This document shows positions 59,977 to 64,000 of a stretch of 64,000 bases of DNA, piece by piece. The stretch is from Camelus dromedarius (taxonomy: Eukaryota): contig NC_087437.1 of NCBI RefSeq assembly GCF_036321535.1, positions 110,610,001-110,674,000 of the forward strand, in the 5' to 3' direction. Within the stretch, counting starts at the first letter, position 1, and each line of letters begins with the position of its first letter. The position numbers were made by a program, and so were the translations under genes. A model generated the notes under the pieces. The model searched no databases, had not been told where the DNA came from, and saw only the letters and a list, made by a program, of their open reading frames with translations.

Positions 59977-62060
59977 CAGGGGGCTGGGCAGCCTCAGAAA
60001 ACGAGGAAGCGGGGCTGAGGCCCAGCAGGACAGGAGCGACAGGCGATCTCAAAGCTGTCATAAATAACAGTCATTGCTGTGAGGAGGTGTGATCTTTCCT
60101 CTGCTTCTTAAAATGCTCCTCACATCATGATACTGCTTTGGGGACTGAGGAACCCTTTGCAGAAGTACGTCCCACTTGCCATTAGCTGGATAGACAACAA
60201 TGTACAAACACATGAATACAAGCTTATGTTTTGATTTATCTGTGATTTACTTGGATAAGGTGCATTCACTCAGGCTCCATCCAAGCCCATTTGGGACTTA
60301 AATTTAATGGAGGAAGAAAAAACAATTATTTGTCTTATCAGATATATTAACAATGTATGTTAAACTAGCAGACTTTCCAACTCAAACATTTCCAAAAAGG
60401 AACCAGTTATAATTAATTTTTTTAAAAGTCCTTATTAACACCTGAGTTTAAATCCCTGAGTGAAAAAAAACAAACGTTTAAGGGGAAGGGAGCAAAAACA
60501 GATTAGATATGGCCAATCAAGACATTTAGCTGGAATCCAATTATCAGACTAGTTTATTTTGCTTTTCAGCCAGTTTACTGTCATGTGAGTATAAGAATTC
60601 CACAGAAACACTCATAATATTTAAGATCACATAAAAACTCGACCCTCCCCCAAGCTAAAAAACCAAAATCAAAACAATTATAAAGGAAAAAAAATTGTTT
60701 GTGGAGAGCTAAAAAAACACTATTTTTAAAAAAGGAAAAACACTACAACTTTAACTTGGTAGACAAATAATAACTTCTTTCCAACCAAATTTCACAAAAC
60801 CCCAGCGTCTGTTTCCCTACAGAGAAAAAATTTTTAATCCATAAAAACTGTAGGTACAGTTTTTCCTGATCCCGTCGGCCTGCTGTGAAAGTCAGATAGT
60901 ACCTAATCCACGCACGTTCTTTAAAATACACAAATGGAGGCTCAACCTCTGAAACAGTGTTTTTTTCTCACGCACAGGAGTTGATGGATGTCATTAATCA
61001 AATCCAGCTGGAAATCAGAACAAGGCGCTGGGATCTTCCCAGCAGGGCGGGCGGAAGCAGGCCATGTGCTGTGTGACAATAAGCATCTTGCACAGACAGT
61101 TTACAAAACACACACAGCTCCAAGTTTTATCGACAAACAGAAGACCGCATGCCGCGGGTATCTGGGAGACCCCAGACAATCTGGAGAAAGGGACCATATT
61201 TGTTTGCAGGAAGATAAATCTGTGCGGTTCCTCCTTCTTTGCTGCTCCTCCCTGCTGCCTAGTTGTCTGCTGTTTGCAGAACGGAGCTCCAGACCATCTG
61301 CAGGGAACATCAGCCCGAAACAGAGCCCTGCATTTCCCAGGGCGCCGCAGGGAAGCCGGTACTGCAAAAATCAAAGGCTGTTGAGAGCTTAAGGGCTTAA
61401 GGACTCCTCACTCTGACCAAGATGCCTAGACTCTCCTGGTGGTCACAGAAGCCTGTCCTGTTACACACAACCCACACTGCTGAACTGACTTCATGCCGGA
61501 GGGCGAGCTGTACTCACTACACACCGCAATCCTCCACTCGGCATCAGACAGATGTGGGCTGGCTCTCCAAACCCAAGGCTGGTCTAATTGTCTTTAACGC
61601 ATACGGGCTGGTGTGAGCCACGGCCACTTTGCTCTCCCAGCTTGACTTCTGGAAGGACCACTTTGCAAATCAGAGGCAACCTCAGTTCACTGAGCTTTCC
61701 TTGTAATACCGTGAACTAACTGCTGAGCTAACCAAAGGCACCTGCTTCACCCCAACTGGTCAAGTTGAATTTTAGGGAAGGTGAAACAGAGCCGTCTCCA
61801 CCACAGAAGTCAAATGCACATGAACCTTAATGACGACTTAAAATGAGGGAGACAAGCAGGTGTTCTGAAGCCTTGGAAAGACCCCAGGGATGCCACTGGA
61901 ATTATGATTCTTCTCACTGGCATAAAATTGGGGGTTTTATTTTATAAAACTTTTATTTTTTAAATTATTTTAGATCTAGTATTGCTTTCCTATATTGATG
62001 TTTGTTCACCGTAATATTTCCCTAACTGGGTGGTGGGGGCATTCACTCTAATAAACCAGG

Positions 62061-62265
62061 CCAGTGGCTTAAACCAGGGAAGATTCTGCCCCTCAGGGGA
62101 CACTGGGAGATGTCTGAAGGTTATTTTTGATGGACACAGCTTGGGGGAGGGGTTCCGACGACCAGCTTAGAGGGGTCTGCAGGAATACTGCTCTGACATT
62201 GATGCACAGGACAGCCCCCACAGCAAAGAATTATCTGGACCAAAAGTTAGTAGCACCAGATGAGA
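62061..62265. mobile_element. MER20-like hAT remnant
   Basis: gattctgcccctcaggggacactgggagatgtctgaag..gatgcacaggacagcccccacagcaaagaattatctggacc. Confidence 0.8.
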
Positions 62266-63311
62266 TCGGCATTCAAAATAAATCACACAGGAACATTAGA
62301 CAGGCTTTTTGGAGACTTCACAGAAGCAGAGTTTTGCAACTTCCTACTCCAGCTTCCCCTTGACTTCAAGGTTCTTTCTACAGTAACAGCCACTGAAGGA
62401 ATGATCTTTGTGTATGCACATCCTTCCCTCATTTTCTTCCCAGTATGTAACTAAACAACTATTGGGGAAAAAAAGGACGAAAGTAGCCCCAGATTTTAAC
62501 AAGGACTCATGGATGGAGGGTGGCCAAGAATGGGAAACTGAGTCTTGGAGAGAACACTTAGGGTGGGGTCTCCTCCTCTTTCTAAGCCAACACAGCAACC
62601 CAGTCACCATGCTTCCTTCTCATACAGAGGAAGAAGAGGATGGAGAAGGAACTCCAGATCACCTAACAGCTTTTCATCACAAAAACCTCAGTGAAGCAAA
62701 GCACAAAGTGTTATCCACAAATCTCGCTGTAGATGGTTTGTGTGTGACCATAACACTCCAACCATCTCACCATTCCACCAGGACGAAAAAAGAGGGTCAA
62801 TGACCAAGCCTCCAACCTTAGCTGCACATTAGAATCACCTAAGGATTTTTAAGCAGCCACCCAACTTGTGCACACCCAGGCCTGACCCCAGACCAAGAGA
62901 ACTGGGATCTCTGAAAAGGCCCCCAGGGTCTCAGCCTTCTAGACTACAGAACTCACTTCTTCCCACCTGGGAAAGGAAACTGTTTTAAGTATACTTCATA
63001 GACTTAGTTATCAGACAATCTGCCTGGCGCAGATTGAGGTGGCGTAGAGGGCAGTGAGGAGATCCAAACTGAGTTACAAACCAGAGGACCTTCCCGTCCC
63101 CAAGGCAGACTGTGCATTAGATGCCTGACATTTACCGAGCGCCTCCTAGGACCTATTCTAAATACTTTACTTTTATAACTCAATTATTCCTCACAACCAC
63201 CTAGCTTGAGAGTAGCCAGGTATTATCCCCATTTTATGCTCGAGAAATGGGACACAGAGAGATTAAGCATAATCTGTTCAAAGTCATGAAGCTAATAAAC
63301 TGAAAAACAGG

Positions 63312-63805
63312 ACTCTCAGCCATAAAAAAGAATAAAATACTGCCTTCGCAGCAACATGGATGGATTATCATCCTAAGTGAATTAAGTCAGACAGAGAAAG
63401 ACAAATTTATGTTATCACTTACATGTGGAATCTAAACAAAAAAAAAAAAAAATACAAATTCTATTTACAAACCAAAAACAGACTCACAGAGAAAACAAGC
63501 TATGCTTCCTAGGAAGGGGAAAGGGCAGGGAGGGATAAATTAGGGGTTGGGGATTAACAGACACACATTACTATACATAAAATAGATAAACAACAAGGAC
63601 CTACTGTACAGCACAGGGAACTAGATTCAATTTCTTGTAATAACCTGTAATGAAAAAGAATCTGAAAAGAAAAAACATACATGTATACGTATACATGTAT
63701 AACCGAATCACTTCGCTGTACACCTGAAACTAACATTGTAAATCAACTATACATCAATAAAAAACTAAAAAAAAAAAAAACCAAAAAAGAAACAACCAAA
63801 AACAA
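63312..63805 (+). mobile_element. L1 3' region inserted in a MIR (MIR pieces ~63130-63300 and ~63812-63858)
   Basis: ctcagccataaaaaagaataaaatactgcc..gcagcaacatggatgga..aagtcagacagagaaagacaaat..cacctgaaactaacattgtaaatcaactatacatcaataaaa. Confidence 0.9.
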
Positions 63806-64000
63806 ACTCACTGCCAAGGAACCTGGTTCCAGAGCCCACTCTTAGCCACTGGGCAGTGGTGCTTCTACAGAGTAGAAACAAACCTTTTCATGAAAAAGTG
63901 TTGGGAAATAATTCAGCTCCAATAGCTAATCACATATTTCAATCAGGGTTCTCAGGGCAGGATCGGTGCAAGCTCGCACACTTGGACTTGTAAGATGGGG

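Noticed and set aside
60988..61392. Four overlapping ORFs of 88-134 aa
   Set aside because: Explained by locally higher GC; none resembles the upstream TIAM1 PDZ exons, which I did not find in the window.
1..64000. A wholly novel multi-gene biological system
   Set aside because: All confident coding sequence belongs to one known gene, and the rest is explained by introns, UTR and common repeats.

Overview
Mammalian genomic DNA, most likely a camelid (four tRNA-derived SINE copies resembling the camelid vic-1 family, plus cetartiodactyl-type L1 3' ends). The window holds the 3' part of TIAM1 (Rac1 GEF) on the minus strand. I reconstructed 13 consecutive coding exons (53019 down to 11763), all with GT-AG boundaries and consistent phases. 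They total 1889 nt, encode the last 629 residues (post-PDZ linker, DH domain, C-terminal PH domain, tail ending NTEI) and are followed by a ~2 kb 3'UTR with AATAAA at 9791-9796. Upstream exons lie beyond position 64000. Bases 1-9770 are downstream flank. The rest is intron with ordinary interspersed repeats (L1, SINE, MIR, L2, MaLR/ERV LTRs, MER DNA transposons) and microsatellites. I found no convincing wholly new biological system. The best leads are: (i) a candidate internal promoter/alternative first exon (~48.9-49.3 kb) just upstream of the DH-PH module; (ii) a hairpin over the acceptor that exon would use; (iii) a Leu-to-Pro change in the conserved WLNP motif of the PH domain; (iv) several nested insertions with readable target-site duplications. 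Repeat family names and comparisons with human/mouse come from recall, not from a search.
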